From: Myxococcota bacterium
GTDB taxonomy: Bacteria > Myxococcota_A > Polyangia > Polyangiales > Sandaracinaceae
Direction: 5' to 3'
Assembly (NCBI GenBank): GCA_036149055.1
Contig: JAYZQJ010000007.1
Location: 1-64,000, forward strand
DNA: 64,000 bases
Positions 1-13,226 of the stretch are shown here, in pieces; within the stretch, counting starts at the first letter, position 1; each line of letters begins with the position of its first letter. The translations under genes and the position numbers were made by a program. The notes under the pieces are model-generated. The model saw only the letters and a program-made list of their open reading frames with translations, did no database searches and was not told the DNA's origin.

Positions 1-3398
<3,398 letters not shown>

Positions 3399-3537
3399 GC
3401 GGAGAGACGTCCCGGAGCCCCCCTCGACCCGGCGGCCGCCACCCGTCCGCCGGCGGTCCGCCACCCTCACACCGGTGGAATGGCGCCGATCTCCCACAGA
3501 CGGGAGCGGATCGAATCTTGATGTCGTGCACGGCATC

Positions 3538-4776
3538 GTGGCCCGCGCGAGGATCCAGGCTCCGGCGACGTACGCCATCACGCTGCGTTGTCTGTACCGC
3601 AAGCTGCTGCTGACGCCCTTCGCGCCGACGCTGCACTCGTGGCTCCTCTACTTCCTGGCGGAGGCGGTGCGGCGGACGGGGGCGATCCTCCACCACATCA
3701 CCATCGAGCCGAACCATATCCACTACGTGGTCACCGTCACCGACGCGAACCTGCCCACGCTCAAGCGGGTGTTCCACGGGGAGGTCGGGAGCTTCGTGAA
3801 GAAGGCCCTGGAGAAGCACGGGTTCGAGGCGCCGGAGCTCGTGTTCGGCAGCGGGCGCTCCGAGCAGAAGCAGCTCGTGAACGGCCCGGCGATCCTGACG
3901 TGGCTGCACTACTCCGATATCCAGGTCGTGAAGGACGGGCTGGTGGCCAAGGTCGAGGACTACCCGGGCTTCACCAGCGACCCGGGCATGATGGCCGGGA
4001 GCTCGATCACGCTGGAGCGCCCGCCGTTCGGGCTCGACGAGCGGACCTGGCCCGAGCGCTCCGAGCTGCGCTTCGGCATGGCGCCCGAGCTGAAGCGGAC
4101 GATCGGCACGCAGCGCACGATCTACACGGTGCGGAAGGCGCGGACGGACGCCGAGCGCAGCTACGCCGCCAAGCGGAAGCGACCGGTGCTCGGCGCCGCG
4201 CGCATCCTCACGCAGAGCCCCTGGGCCGAGCCCGCCGCGCCCCGGAAGAAGTCGAAGCCGGGCCCGCTCGAGACGTTCCTGGTCGTCGACGACGACGACC
4301 TCCAGGAGCACTGCGAGCGCGAGGTGAAGGCCTTCGAGGGGGCCTACGACGAGGCGCGCGCCAAGCTCCGTCGTGGAGAGTCCGCGGTGTTCCCGCCCGG
4401 GACGTACCTGATGCGCGTCCAGTTCGGCGCAGAGGTCGAGGCGCCCGCGGAAGACTCCGTGCTCGCGGCCGGCGAGCGCTTCGACGACGTGCCTGAGCTG
4501 CTGCCCGAGGAGGCCCGCGACGCGATCATCGCCCGCCTGCGCGCGAGGGCGAGGGAGGTCGACGAGGAGGCGCTCGACGACGATCTCGCGACGCGCCTCG
4601 CGGCGACGGAGAGCATGACGGTGGATCGTCGCGACTCTCCTCGGGTCTCGATCGAAGAGCGCAAGACCCCGAAGCTGGTGACGCTGCGTGAGGTCGGGCG
4701 CGCCAAGCTGCCCGATCCGTCGCCGCGCGACGAGCGCTCCGACGACGAGCCCCCCGACCCAACCCACGACAACTAG
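3538..4776 (+). CDS. RAYT-like / Y1 HUH tyrosine transposase (myxobacterial long form)
   Basis: N-terminal YAITLRC, HUH motif PNHIHYVV, Y-x4-VKDGLV..VEDYPG (variant of Y..NPVKAGLV..W.G), C-terminal FPPGTY. Start estimated at GTG 3538. Confidence 0.7.
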   Translation: MARARIQAPATYAITLRCLYRKLLLTPFAPTLHSWLLYFLAEAVRRTGAILHHITIEPNHIHYVVTVTDANLPTLKRVFHGEVGSFVKKALEKHGFEAPELVFGSGRSEQKQLVNGPAILTWLHYSDIQVVKDGLVAKVEDYPGFTSDPGMMAGSSITLERPPFGLDERTWPERSELRFGMAPELKRTIGTQRTIYTVRKARTDAERSYAAKRKRPVLGAARILTQSPWAEPAAPRKKSKPGPLETFLVVDDDDLQEHCEREVKAFEGAYDEARAKLRRGESAVFPPGTYLMRVQFGAEVEAPAEDSVLAAGERFDDVPELLPEEARDAIIARLRARAREVDEEALDDDLATRLAATESMTVDRRDSPRVSIEERKTPKLVTLREVGRAKLPDPSPRDERSDDEPPDPTHDN

Positions 4777-4781
4777 GCTCC

Positions 4782-4812
4782 TGCGCGACTCGATGACGGC
4801 TCGGGTCGCGCA
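4782..4812. repeat. 12-bp stem hairpin immediately after the transposase stop (REP-like or terminator)
   Basis: tgcgcgactcga-N7-tcgggtcgcgca (one G-U pair). Confidence 0.55.
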
Positions 4813-4964
4813 TCGGTGCGTCTGCTGTGCGGTTCGCTTTGCATGAATCCGTTGTCGTTGGACTCGTTTTGGGCAAAGCTAGCTGCATCTTGTCATTCTG
4901 CAGCCCAGAGGGTGCCGAGCTCGCGTGGATCCGGCCTTCGGCCGGCCCCGAGTGCGCGAGTTTC

Positions 4965-5024
4965 GGGCAGGACCTGGTCTGGGGCGTTCGAGATCTGGGC
5001 AGGACCTGGTCCGGGCCGCTCGAG
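4965..5024. repeat. Tandem 28-bp direct repeat (25/28 identical) containing GACC-T-GGTC mini-palindrome; candidate REP units
   Basis: gggcaggacctggtctggggcgttcgag (4965-4992) vs gggcaggacctggtccgggccgctcgag (4997-5024). Confidence 0.7.
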
Positions 5025-5043
5025 CTTTGAGGAGGCACGCGCC

Positions 5044-5424
5044 GTGGGAAGCTCTGGCGAAGGCGCCTCGCGCCGATGGCGATGGGCCGGGTACGGCGCG
5101 TTGCTCCTCTTCGGCGCTGGGCTGGTCTATCTCGCGGCGCCGAGACTCTCCACCGAAGACGTCGCGCGCGTCCGAATCATGCACGTCTGCGGGCACGTCT
5201 ACGAGAGCTGCCATGCATCGCCCACACGGTCCTGTCTGTCCCGAGCTTGCGCGCACATCCCGTCCGACTCCGAGGGCGCCTCGTGCCAACCCGGCGAGGA
5301 TGGCTTGGTGGCGCTGAGCTACGGAGGGCGCGAGATCGTGGTGCAGGTCGATCGGATCGCGTCTCTGGAGAGCTGCGCGACGCTCGCCCTCGGCTCGCGT
5401 GAGGACGGGGCGCGAGATGAGTAG
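5044..5424 (+). CDS. Hypothetical membrane-anchored Cys-containing protein
   Basis: GAGGAGG SD at 5029-5035 before GTG; TM segment WAGYGALLLFGAGLVYLAA; several Cys. Confidence 0.5.
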   Translation: MGSSGEGASRRWRWAGYGALLLFGAGLVYLAAPRLSTEDVARVRIMHVCGHVYESCHASPTRSCLSRACAHIPSDSEGASCQPGEDGLVALSYGGREIVVQVDRIASLESCATLALGSREDGARDE

Positions 5425-5475
5425 CGCTTCCTTCCGCCGAGCCGCTCATGCCGGCGTCCGCTTCGGAGGGGCCGC

Positions 5476-5955
5476 GTGACGAGCGCCGAACGCTCGGATT
5501 ACCTTGAACGCAGCCTCGCGGTGCTCTCCGGAGCCGCGGCGCCGGCGACGCTCCTCTTGCAACCCTACCGTTCGCGCGATCTGCAGAGGCTGCTCGCGAT
5601 GCTGGAGCACGAGCTGTTCCCGCTCGATCCCTCCGCGCGTCGCGAGCTGACGTCCGGGCTCGACCCGCGCGAGCTGAGGCTCCACGTGCGCTGGCTCCTC
5701 TGGTGCATGACGCTCGAGCCGCTCCCGCACGGCCCGCTCGGCTGGCTCGTCGACTGGGCCATCTCCGTCGCGCGCTGCGACCCTCGTCCCCCCGCGCCCC
5801 CCAGCCCCCGCGCTCCCTTCTACCCCTTCGCAAACCGCGACGCGTTTCTGCGACACGCGCGTCTGCACGCGGCGGAGCTGGCGTGCAGGCTCGAGGTGGC
5901 GGGGCTCCCCGCGCTCCGGGCGCTGTGCAGCGTCGAGGGCATGCTCGACCCATGA
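5476..5955 (+). CDS. Hypothetical protein
   Basis: 159-aa ORF whose stop overlaps the next ATG (ATGA). Confidence 0.45.
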   Translation: MTSAERSDYLERSLAVLSGAAAPATLLLQPYRSRDLQRLLAMLEHELFPLDPSARRELTSGLDPRELRLHVRWLLWCMTLEPLPHGPLGWLVDWAISVARCDPRPPAPPSPRAPFYPFANRDAFLRHARLHAAELACRLEVAGLPALRALCSVEGMLDP

Positions 5956-6395
5956 CCGATCTCGACATCCTGGTGGGGCTCCTCTGCTGGCAGTGCATTC
6001 CGGGCGTCGGGACGTGTTTCACCGCGGAGCTCGGGACGCCGCGGTTCAGACCCCGTGACCGCTACGGGACGTGTCATCGATGCGTCGAGCTGGAGGGCAG
6101 CGTCGGATTCTGGGCGTACCTCTGCGCCTGGAAGCTGATGCGGGACGGCGCGGTCGTCGGCTGCGGGGACGACCCTCACGACGTCATGGCCGACCGGCTC
6201 GTGCTGCTGCAGGGGAGCCGCGTCCGACGGCTCTCGTACGCCGCGCCCGCCTGGCGCCTGGAGCTCGACTCGGGATATGCGGTGGAGATGACCGAGGGGT
6301 GCGCGACCGCCCCAGACGCGGTGGCTCACGTCAGGCTCGGCGATGTTCGCTGGTGCTCGCTGATGCCCGACGGACGGGTGGAGGTCGGGGCATGA
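5952..6395 (+). CDS. Hypothetical protein (immunity-like size and composition)
   Basis: MTDLDILVGLLCWQ...; ATGA-coupled at both ends. Confidence 0.55.
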   Translation: MTDLDILVGLLCWQCIPGVGTCFTAELGTPRFRPRDRYGTCHRCVELEGSVGFWAYLCAWKLMRDGAVVGCGDDPHDVMADRLVLLQGSRVRRLSYAAPAWRLELDSGYAVEMTEGCATAPDAVAHVRLGDVRWCSLMPDGRVEVGA

Positions 6396-7252
6396 GCCTC
6401 TTCACGGAGACCTTCGCGACCGCGCGCGTCTTCTTCCCGGAGTGGTCGGGCGCGCCGGTGCTCGGCGCCGACGCCCTGGCTCGTGGGTGGACCGAGGGCC
6501 ACACCCTGCGGGGTCACGCCGCGAGCCTGCGGAGCCAGGGGCATATCGAGTCGCTCTCGCTCGAAGATCATCTGACGTGGCTCGTCGACGAGGTGCGCCC
6601 GCGCCTCCCGGAGTTCGTCGGCCCGGTGCGGCTCGACTTCTTCTGCTTCTGGGTCTCCGCGCGGGGCCACGGCGGTCCGCATCTCTCGGCTGCGCTGCTG
6701 GCGCGTGTGGCCGAGCTCGGGGCGTCGCTGTCGTTCGACGTCTACTTCGAGGACGAGCCGGAGCGCGCCTGGAGTGCTCAGCTCTCCGGCGAGCCGCCCG
6801 CGGTGGGCGGCACCCGAGCGGCCCAGGCGGCGATCGAGCGCCTGCTCGGACCGCAGCTGATCGACGACGCGGTGACCGAGTACCTCTCGCACGGCGAGTG
6901 GAGCGAGCTCGCCCGCAGCGTGCTCCGGCTGCTTCGCTCACCGACCGCGCGGCGCGTCTGCCTCGAGACGATCGAGGGGGGCGAGCCGGATCGGCGCCGC
7001 GGCGCGACGGAGCTGCTCCGCGCGATCTGCACGCCGGAGAGCGTCGAGCTCCTGCGTCCGCTGTTGGCCGACGCCGACCCCGAGGTCGCGATGTGGGCGG
7101 CGAAGGGGATCGACGATCTGGCCTGGGAGCTCCCGGAGGCGGAGCTGGAGCGCTGGATCCAGGAGCTGGAGCGCTCCGCGGTGAGCGAGGTCCGCGCCGT
7201 CGCCGCCGAGCTGCGCGAGCGCTTCGATCAACCCGCCAGCGGGTCGCGATAG
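6392..7252 (+). CDS. DUF4279-like N-terminal domain fused to HEAT-repeat domain
   Basis: LEDHLTWLVD...DFFCFW...GHGGPHLSAALLARVAELGASLSFDVY resembles DUF4279. C-terminal LRPLLADADPEVAMWAAKGI is HEAT-like. Confidence 0.55.
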   Translation: MSLFTETFATARVFFPEWSGAPVLGADALARGWTEGHTLRGHAASLRSQGHIESLSLEDHLTWLVDEVRPRLPEFVGPVRLDFFCFWVSARGHGGPHLSAALLARVAELGASLSFDVYFEDEPERAWSAQLSGEPPAVGGTRAAQAAIERLLGPQLIDDAVTEYLSHGEWSELARSVLRLLRSPTARRVCLETIEGGEPDRRRGATELLRAICTPESVELLRPLLADADPEVAMWAAKGIDDLAWELPEAELERWIQELERSAVSEVRAVAAELRERFDQPASGSR

Positions 7253-7800
7253 ACGTCCGCGACCGAGATCACGCACCCGAGGCTCTCGAGCGTGACGTCC
7301 TCGTCGTGCTCGAAGCTCGCGTGCGTCCAGCCGCCCGGGCCCGGACGCCACAGCTCCACGCGGCGTGCGTCGTGGGCGACGAGGAGCACCTCTCGCACCG
7401 ACGGGATGCGGCGATAGTGGTCGAGCTTCTCGCCGCGGTCGTAGTCTTCGGTGGATGGGCTGAGCACTTCGACGAGCACCGTCGGGTTGATCGCGGTGTG
7501 TCCTCTCGGGTCCTCGGGGTCGGCCTCGAAGCGGTCGCAGATCACCGACGCGTCGGGGTAGGTGCCGAGCCCGGTCTCGACGACGCGGACGCGCAGGTCG
7601 GCGGTGTACACGCGGCAGCGGCGACCTTCGAGGGCGTTGCCGAGGAGCCGGATCACGTTCGCTGCTACCGCGGCGTGATCCGGGCTGCCCCCGGCCATCG
7701 CGTAGACGACGCCGTCGAGGTACTCGTGGCGGATCGAGCTGGTCTCCTCGAGCTCTACGTACTCGGGAAAGGTGAATCGACTGCGGGCGAGCTGTCCCAC
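7228..7800 (-). CDS. Uma2 family (PD-(D/E)XK) endonuclease-like protein
   Basis: RHEYLDGVVYAMAGGSPDH, YPDASV, LVEVLSPSTEDYDRGEKLDHYRRIPS. Confidence 0.92.
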   Translation of the reverse strand: MGQLARSRFTFPEYVELEETSSIRHEYLDGVVYAMAGGSPDHAAVAANVIRLLGNALEGRRCRVYTADLRVRVVETGLGTYPDASVICDRFEADPEDPRGHTAINPTVLVEVLSPSTEDYDRGEKLDHYRRIPSVREVLLVAHDARRVELWRPGPGGWTHASFEHDEDVTLESLGCVISVADVYRDPLAG

Positions 7801-7809
7801 GCCGGAACT

Positions 7810-7978
7810 CTAGCAGCGCGCGGCGAATATGCGCGTGATGGATCGGCGAGCGCGACGTCGCGTCCAGCGCGGCGGGCCGACGACGAAATACTTCAGCCTA
7901 TCGGAGGAGCGACTGGTGCGCTGGGCGCGGCGTCCCGCCGAGGAGGCGCGCGCAGTCATTTTCGCCGCGCGCTGCTAG
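7810..7978. mobile_element. MITE-like palindromic element, 169 bp, 18-bp perfect terminal inverted repeats starting and ending in CTAG
   Basis: ctagcagcgcgcggcgaa (7810-7827) / ttcgccgcgcgctgctag (7961-7978). Inner stem gacgtcgcgtccagcgc / gcgctgggcgcggcgtc. Confidence 0.7.
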
Positions 7979-7994
7979 CATCGCATCCGAGCCG

Positions 7995-9140
7995 CTACTC
8001 GGCTGCGTCGGCGAGCTGGAGCGGGTCTCCGGGGCGGCGCAGGGTCGGGTAGTCGACGTAGCCCTCCGCGCCGCCGCCGTAGTAGGTGTCCGGGTCGGCG
8101 TCGTTGTACGGGCCGCCGGCTTCGATGCGCTCGACGAGGTCGGGGTTGGCGAGGAAGAGGCGGCCGAAGGTGATGGCGTCGGCGCGCCCTTCGTCGATCC
8201 ACCGCTCGGCCTCCTCGGGGGAGAAGTCGCCGTTCGCGACGAAGACGCCGCCGAAGGCTTCGCGCATGCGGTCGAGGATGGCGCCGCCGCGGTCCTTGCC
8301 GTCGCCGTCGCCGGTGTGGTCGTTCGGGCGCACGACGTGGAGGTAGGCGAGGCCTCGGCCGCTCAGCGCCTCGGCGGCGGCGGTGTAGAGGCCCTCGGGG
8401 TCCTCGTCGTAGCTGCCGCCCGGCCCGCCGGTGGGGGAGAGTCGCACGCCGACGCGGCCGGCGGGGAGCTCCTCGAGCACGGCCTCGGTGGCCTCGCGCA
8501 AGAGGCGCAGGCGGTTGTCGACCGAGCCGCCGTAGGCGTCGTCTCGCTGGTTGACCGAGCTGCGGAGGAACTGGTCGATGAGGTAGCCGTTCGCGGCGTG
8601 CAGCTCGACGCCGTCGAAGCCGGCCCGGGCGGCGCAGCGCGCGGCGTGGCGGTAGTCGTCGAGCAGGCGCGGGATCTCCTCGGTCTTCAGCGGCCGCGCC
8701 TCGGGGTGCGGGACCTGCGGGCCGTCGTCGAGGAGGTCGCCGACGAACGCCTCGCCTTCGGGCGTCCACGCGCTGGCCGAGACCGGCGCGCCGCCGTCGG
8801 GCTGGAAGACGGAGTGCGAGATCGCGCCCACGTGCCAGAGCTGGCAGAAGATGCGGCCGCCCGCGTCGTGGACCGCGCGGGTCACCAGGCGCCAGCTCTC
8901 GACCTGCGCGTCGGTGAAGATGCCCGGGGTGTAGGCGTAGCCCTGACCTTCCTGGCTGATCTGGGTGGCCTCGCTGATGACGAGGCCCGCCCCCGCGCGC
9001 TGCGCGTAGTACAGCGCGTGGAGCGGGGTCTGGCGGTTGTCGCCGGTGGTCGAGCGCGCGCGGGTCAGCGGCGCCATCCAGGCGCGGCGCGAGAGCTCGA
9101 GGTCGCCGACGCATAGAGAGGTCAGCAGCTTCATGCTCAC
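7995..9140 (-). CDS. Old Yellow Enzyme family alkene reductase (NemA-like)
   Basis: MAPLTRAR, QLWHVG, GFDGVELHAANGYLIDQFL, GRLFLANPDL. Confidence 0.95.
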   Translation of the reverse strand: MSMKLLTSLCVGDLELSRRAWMAPLTRARSTTGDNRQTPLHALYYAQRAGAGLVISEATQISQEGQGYAYTPGIFTDAQVESWRLVTRAVHDAGGRIFCQLWHVGAISHSVFQPDGGAPVSASAWTPEGEAFVGDLLDDGPQVPHPEARPLKTEEIPRLLDDYRHAARCAARAGFDGVELHAANGYLIDQFLRSSVNQRDDAYGGSVDNRLRLLREATEAVLEELPAGRVGVRLSPTGGPGGSYDEDPEGLYTAAAEALSGRGLAYLHVVRPNDHTGDGDGKDRGGAILDRMREAFGGVFVANGDFSPEEAERWIDEGRADAITFGRLFLANPDLVERIEAGGPYNDADPDTYYGGGAEGYVDYPTLRRPGDPLQLADAAE

Positions 9141-10510
9141 TTCTCCTCGTGCACGGTGATGGCCTTGATGTTCACGAACTCGAGGAAGCCGTACTCGTCG
9201 TGCTCGCGCCCGTAGCCGCTGTCCTTCACGCCGCCGAAGGGGACGTTGACCTTGGCGTTGCTGTAGCCGTTGATGTTGACCATGCCGGTGTCGAGGCGGT
9301 GCTTCGCGATGCGGATCGCGCGGTCCTCGTCGGCGCAGAAGATGCCGCCGCCGAGGCCGAACCGGGAGCTGTTGGCGACCTTCACGGCCTCGTCTTCGTC
9401 CGCGACCGGGATGAAGCTGGCCACCGGGCCGAAGAGCTCCTCGTCGTAGGCCGGCATGCCGGGCTCGAGGCGCTCGAGGATGGTCGGCGCGTAGAAGTAG
9501 CCGGTGCGGTCGGGGGCCTCACCGCCGATGACGGCCTTCGCCCCCGCGTCGATCGAGCCCTTCACCTGATCGACCAGCTTGTCGAGCAGGTCCTGGCGCG
9601 CCATCGGGCCGAGATCGGTGTCCTCGTCCATCGGGTCGCCGAGGCTCAGCTCCTCCACGCGCGCACGGAAAGCGTCGCGGAAGTCGTCGTAGACGCCGCG
9701 CTGCACGATGAAGCGCTTGGCCGCGGTGCAGACCTGGCCGTTGTTGTGGAAGCGGCCGAAGACGCAGGCCTCGACGGCGCGCTCGATGTCGGCGTCGTCG
9801 AAGACGAGATAGGCGTCGCTGCCGCCGAGCTCGAGCATGGACTTCTTGCGGCGCTTGGCCGCCTCGGTGGCCACGATGGCGCCGGTCTTCGCGCTGCCGG
9901 TGAAGGTGACGCCGCGCACGCTGTCGTGGTCGTAGACCACGCTCAGGTCGTCCTCGTCGTCGGCGTAGATCGCGTCGAAGATGCCCTCCGGCACGCCCGC
10001 CTCCTGGAAGAGCTCCACCAGGCGCTTGGCCGAGCCCCAGACGTTGGGCGCGTGGCTGAGCATCATCGCGTTGCCGGACACGAGGAGCGGCGCGGCGTTG
10101 CGGATCACCTGGTAGAGCGGGAAGTTCCACGGCTGGACCGAGAAGATCGTGCCGATGGGCTGGAAGGTGACGAGCGCCCGGCCCTGGTCCACGTCGCGCG
10201 ACTGGTCGCGGAGGATGCGCGGGCCCTCCTCGGCGCTGTACCGACAGATGTCGATGACCAGGTCCACCTCGGCCTGGGCGTGCCCGATGAGCTTGCCCAT
10301 CTCGGTGACCATGAGCTTCGCCAGCGAGTCGCGGTTCTCCTCGAGCAGCGTCCCGAGCTTCAGGATCGGCTCCGCCCGCTGCTCGGGCTTCTTCGCGCGC
10401 CAGTCGCGGAACGCCTTGGCGGTGCGCTCGAGCTTCCGCTGCAGGTCCTCCCGCGAGTCGAGCGCGTGGTCTTCGATGACCTCTTCGGTGTAGGGGTTGA
10501 TCGTCTTCAC
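9137..10510 (-). CDS. NAD(P)-dependent succinate-semialdehyde dehydrogenase-like aldehyde dehydrogenase
   Basis: [43 protein letters not shown] start with GGAGA SD. Confidence 0.93.
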   Translation of the reverse strand: MKTINPYTEEVIEDHALDSREDLQRKLERTAKAFRDWRAKKPEQRAEPILKLGTLLEENRDSLAKLMVTEMGKLIGHAQAEVDLVIDICRYSAEEGPRILRDQSRDVDQGRALVTFQPIGTIFSVQPWNFPLYQVIRNAAPLLVSGNAMMLSHAPNVWGSAKRLVELFQEAGVPEGIFDAIYADDEDDLSVVYDHDSVRGVTFTGSAKTGAIVATEAAKRRKKSMLELGGSDAYLVFDDADIERAVEACVFGRFHNNGQVCTAAKRFIVQRGVYDDFRDAFRARVEELSLGDPMDEDTDLGPMARQDLLDKLVDQVKGSIDAGAKAVIGGEAPDRTGYFYAPTILERLEPGMPAYDEELFGPVASFIPVADEDEAVKVANSSRFGLGGGIFCADEDRAIRIAKHRLDTGMVNINGYSNAKVNVPFGGVKDSGYGREHDEYGFLEFVNIKAITVHEEK

Positions 10511-10718
10511 TATGTCTCCGTGCGGGGGTTCGGAGGCTCGTCGACTGCATTCCGCGTTCCTGTCCCTCGACCCGCGGCCCACGGTCGTCCCGACGAGGCG
10601 CGCTGCCCCGCGCTCGCAGCCGCGCCCCCACGTGGGATGGCATTCATGGTTGTCATCAGACGCGCCCGGACCGCGCGCGGCCGGACCGGGGTCATCGCTC
10701 GCGTGCTAGGCTGCCGCG

Positions 10719-12152
10719 GTGACGGTCCAGAGGTGCGCGATCGTGGCCGCGCTGTGCCTTTCGGGATGTACGCTGCCCTTCGATCCGCAGCATCTCCCTG
10801 CGGACGCAGGGGACGCCGGCGTGGACATGGACGCGGGGCCAGACTGCCCCGAGCCGCCGCGCGTGAGCTCCTGCGCAGGGGAGCCCGACGGCGCGCTCTG
10901 CACGCGCGACGCGATGGCCGGGCGCTGTCACGACGAGGAGTGCTGCGTCACCTGCGTCGGCGTGGCCGGGTGCCGGGACGCGCCGTCCGTCGTGGCGTGC
11001 GGGGTGGGCGGCGAGGCCTGCGAGGCGTGCGAGGCAGAGGACTGCGTCGCGGGCGTGTGCACCCCGGCGATCGCGGCGACCTGGCTCTCGCTCTCGGTCG
11101 ACCACTCTTGTGTCATCGGGGCCGACGCGCGAGTCCGATGCTGGGGGCGCGCGCGGCTCCCCGCAGATGCCGATGGGGACCACCTGGGTGGCTCGCCGGT
11201 GGACGTCGACGACGCGAGGGTGGGTCCGGTCGCGGGCGAGCTCCGCGCGAGCCGGGTCTACGCGGGCTGGTACTCCGTCTCCCCGAGACCCGAGATGGCG
11301 CACTCCTGCGCGATCGACGAGGAGGGAGACGCGTGGTGCTGGGGAAAGAACGACGAGGGCCAGCTGGGGGTGACGCCGCCCGCGCTCGGGCTCGACGCGC
11401 CCGGACGCGTGGACATCCCCGTCCAGGTGGCGGAGATGGCGCTCGGCAACCGGGTCACGTTCGCCGTCTCCGCCGATCGCGAGGCCGTGTGGGGTTGGGG
11501 CCAGGGGCTCTCGGGGCGCGCGCCCCTCGCGCTCGACCGCGCGACGCCGCCCTTCTCCAGCTTGACCGCGGACCGCACCGCGGCGTGCGTGATCGACGGC
11601 CTGCGGACCGTCTGGTGCTGGGGGGCCGGGCCGACGGGACCCGAGCCGGACGAGGAGCCTCAGCGACTCCCCGGGCTGGACTCCGCGGTGAGCGTGCGCG
11701 TCGCCAGGGCCCACGCCTGCGCGCTCTCCGGCGCCGGGCGGGTGTGGTGCTGGGGGGAGGCGGGGCTCGCCGCGCTGGGGCCGCGCGCGACGGACGGGCC
11801 GGCGAGACCGGCGCCGCTCGAGATGCCCGGGACGTGGCTCGAGGTGGCGCTCGGCGACGCGCACACCTGCGCCGTGCGCGAGGAGCCGACCTGCCCGCGG
11901 TCGACGACCGTGCACTGCTGGGGGGAGGCCGACTTCGGGCAGCTCACGGGCGAGGTGACCGCCGCGAGCGTCGAGCCGGTCGAGGTCCCCCTCGAGGGCG
12001 GTCAGCGCTGGCATGGGCTCGCGTGCGGCGGGAGGCGCTGCTGCGTGATGGATGCGCTCGGGCGCCCTCACTGCTGGGGCGGCCAGGACCACGGGGAGCT
12101 CTTCGGGGGAGGCCGCACGCGCGCGCCCTTCGTGGTCGGCCTCGATCCCTGA
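10719..12152 (+). CDS. RCC1/BLIP-II repeat lipoprotein
   Basis: Lipobox LSGC; repeated HSC..(V/A)WCWG.N..GQLG motifs. Confidence 0.85.
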   Translation: MTVQRCAIVAALCLSGCTLPFDPQHLPADAGDAGVDMDAGPDCPEPPRVSSCAGEPDGALCTRDAMAGRCHDEECCVTCVGVAGCRDAPSVVACGVGGEACEACEAEDCVAGVCTPAIAATWLSLSVDHSCVIGADARVRCWGRARLPADADGDHLGGSPVDVDDARVGPVAGELRASRVYAGWYSVSPRPEMAHSCAIDEEGDAWCWGKNDEGQLGVTPPALGLDAPGRVDIPVQVAEMALGNRVTFAVSADREAVWGWGQGLSGRAPLALDRATPPFSSLTADRTAACVIDGLRTVWCWGAGPTGPEPDEEPQRLPGLDSAVSVRVARAHACALSGAGRVWCWGEAGLAALGPRATDGPARPAPLEMPGTWLEVALGDAHTCAVREEPTCPRSTTVHCWGEADFGQLTGEVTAASVEPVEVPLEGGQRWHGLACGGRRCCVMDALGRPHCWGGQDHGELFGGGRTRAPFVVGLDP

Positions 12153-12158
12153 GCGCCG

Positions 12159-13226
12159 TCAGCGCGGGCGCGCGAACCCCGGGCACGTGACGGCGTCGGC
12201 GCAGGTGGGCGCGCCGGCCTCGTCGAGGACCACGCCGCACTCGGCGCGGGCCTCGCGCTGGCAGTCGGCGCAGCGCGGGTCGTCCGGGTCGGCGCAGGCT
12301 CCGCAGGCGACCCAGGCGCGCAGCGCGCAGAGGCGCTGGTCGCTCAGAGGCGCGCCGCCGAGCGGCATCAGGCTCCCGCAGGGCAGGTCGTCGGGGGTGA
12401 CCTTGCGAACGAGCAGCGAGGCGTCCGGGTCGCCCGGTGCGATCATCGCGGCGCCGCGCGCCTGATCCACGCAGAGCTCGCCCTGCGCGCCGCCCTCGAG
12501 GAGCCGCGCGTGGAGCGCCGAGCGCGCGGGCTCGTCCGCGAACGAGAGGTCGAGCCCCGCCTCCGGGTCGTCGGCGTCGTGGCAGCGGGAGAAGGCGCAG
12601 CTCGGCGCGAGGATCTCGGTCGCGATCGCGGGCCAGGTCGGGTCCACGCAGCCGCGCTCGCACGCGGGCACGGTGAAGCCGGCCGCGTTCTCTCCTTCGC
12701 TCGGCGCCACGGTGCGCTCGACCACCGGGCTGCCGCAGGCGAGCCAGTTGCGGAGCAGCTCGCGGCCCTCGTCGCTCGAGACCGACGGCAGCGGCGTGAA
12801 GGTGCGGCCGTCGGCGCCGACGCGGTCGTAGGTTCGCACCGACGCGAGCACGCTCTCCCCCACCGCTCCGGCGGGCGGCATGGCGCCGATCGCGACCTGC
12901 TCGAGGATGCGCGCGCGGTGCCGGTGGACCTGCAGCTGCTCGCGAGACAGGCGCGCCGACTCCTCGGCCGCGAGGTCGCCCGAGGTCGAGGCGACCGTGA
13001 GGTCGAACTCGAGCCCGACCGGCGCCCCGAAGCGGCGCTCTGCCGGGAGCCCGCCGGCGTGGCAGAAGCTCCCGCCGCCGCAGCTCTGGTTGACGAGCGC
13101 CTGCCCGGCGAACGCTGGCACGCCGTCGGCGGTGTAGACGATCTCGAGCGCGGCCCGCGGGTCGCAGTCCCCGACGTCTTCGGCGGCGCAGCCGAGCAGG
13201 AGCAGGCAGAGCGTGATGGCCCGCAT
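12159..13226 (-). CDS. Lipoprotein with two atypical heme-c-like motifs (CX5CH, CX4CH)
   Basis: MRAITLCLLLLGC lipobox; SCGGGSFCH...MPP and SCAFSRCH...PGDPDASLL...MPLG...WV; coupled to upstream gene (TGATG). Confidence 0.7.
   Translation of the reverse strand: MRAITLCLLLLGCAAEDVGDCDPRAALEIVYTADGVPAFAGQALVNQSCGGGSFCHAGGLPAERRFGAPVGLEFDLTVASTSGDLAAEESARLSREQLQVHRHRARILEQVAIGAMPPAGAVGESVLASVRTYDRVGADGRTFTPLPSVSSDEGRELLRNWLACGSPVVERTVAPSEGENAAGFTVPACERGCVDPTWPAIATEILAPSCAFSRCHDADDPEAGLDLSFADEPARSALHARLLEGGAQGELCVDQARGAAMIAPGDPDASLLVRKVTPDDLPCGSLMPLGGAPLSDQRLCALRAWVACGACADPDDPRCADCQREARAECGVVLDEAGAPTCADAVTCPGFARPR

Noticed and set aside
7228..7800. Uma2 gene as part of a defence or restriction system
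   Set aside because: Uma2 genes are commonly scattered multicopy singletons in myxobacteria; no methylase or partner gene adjacent
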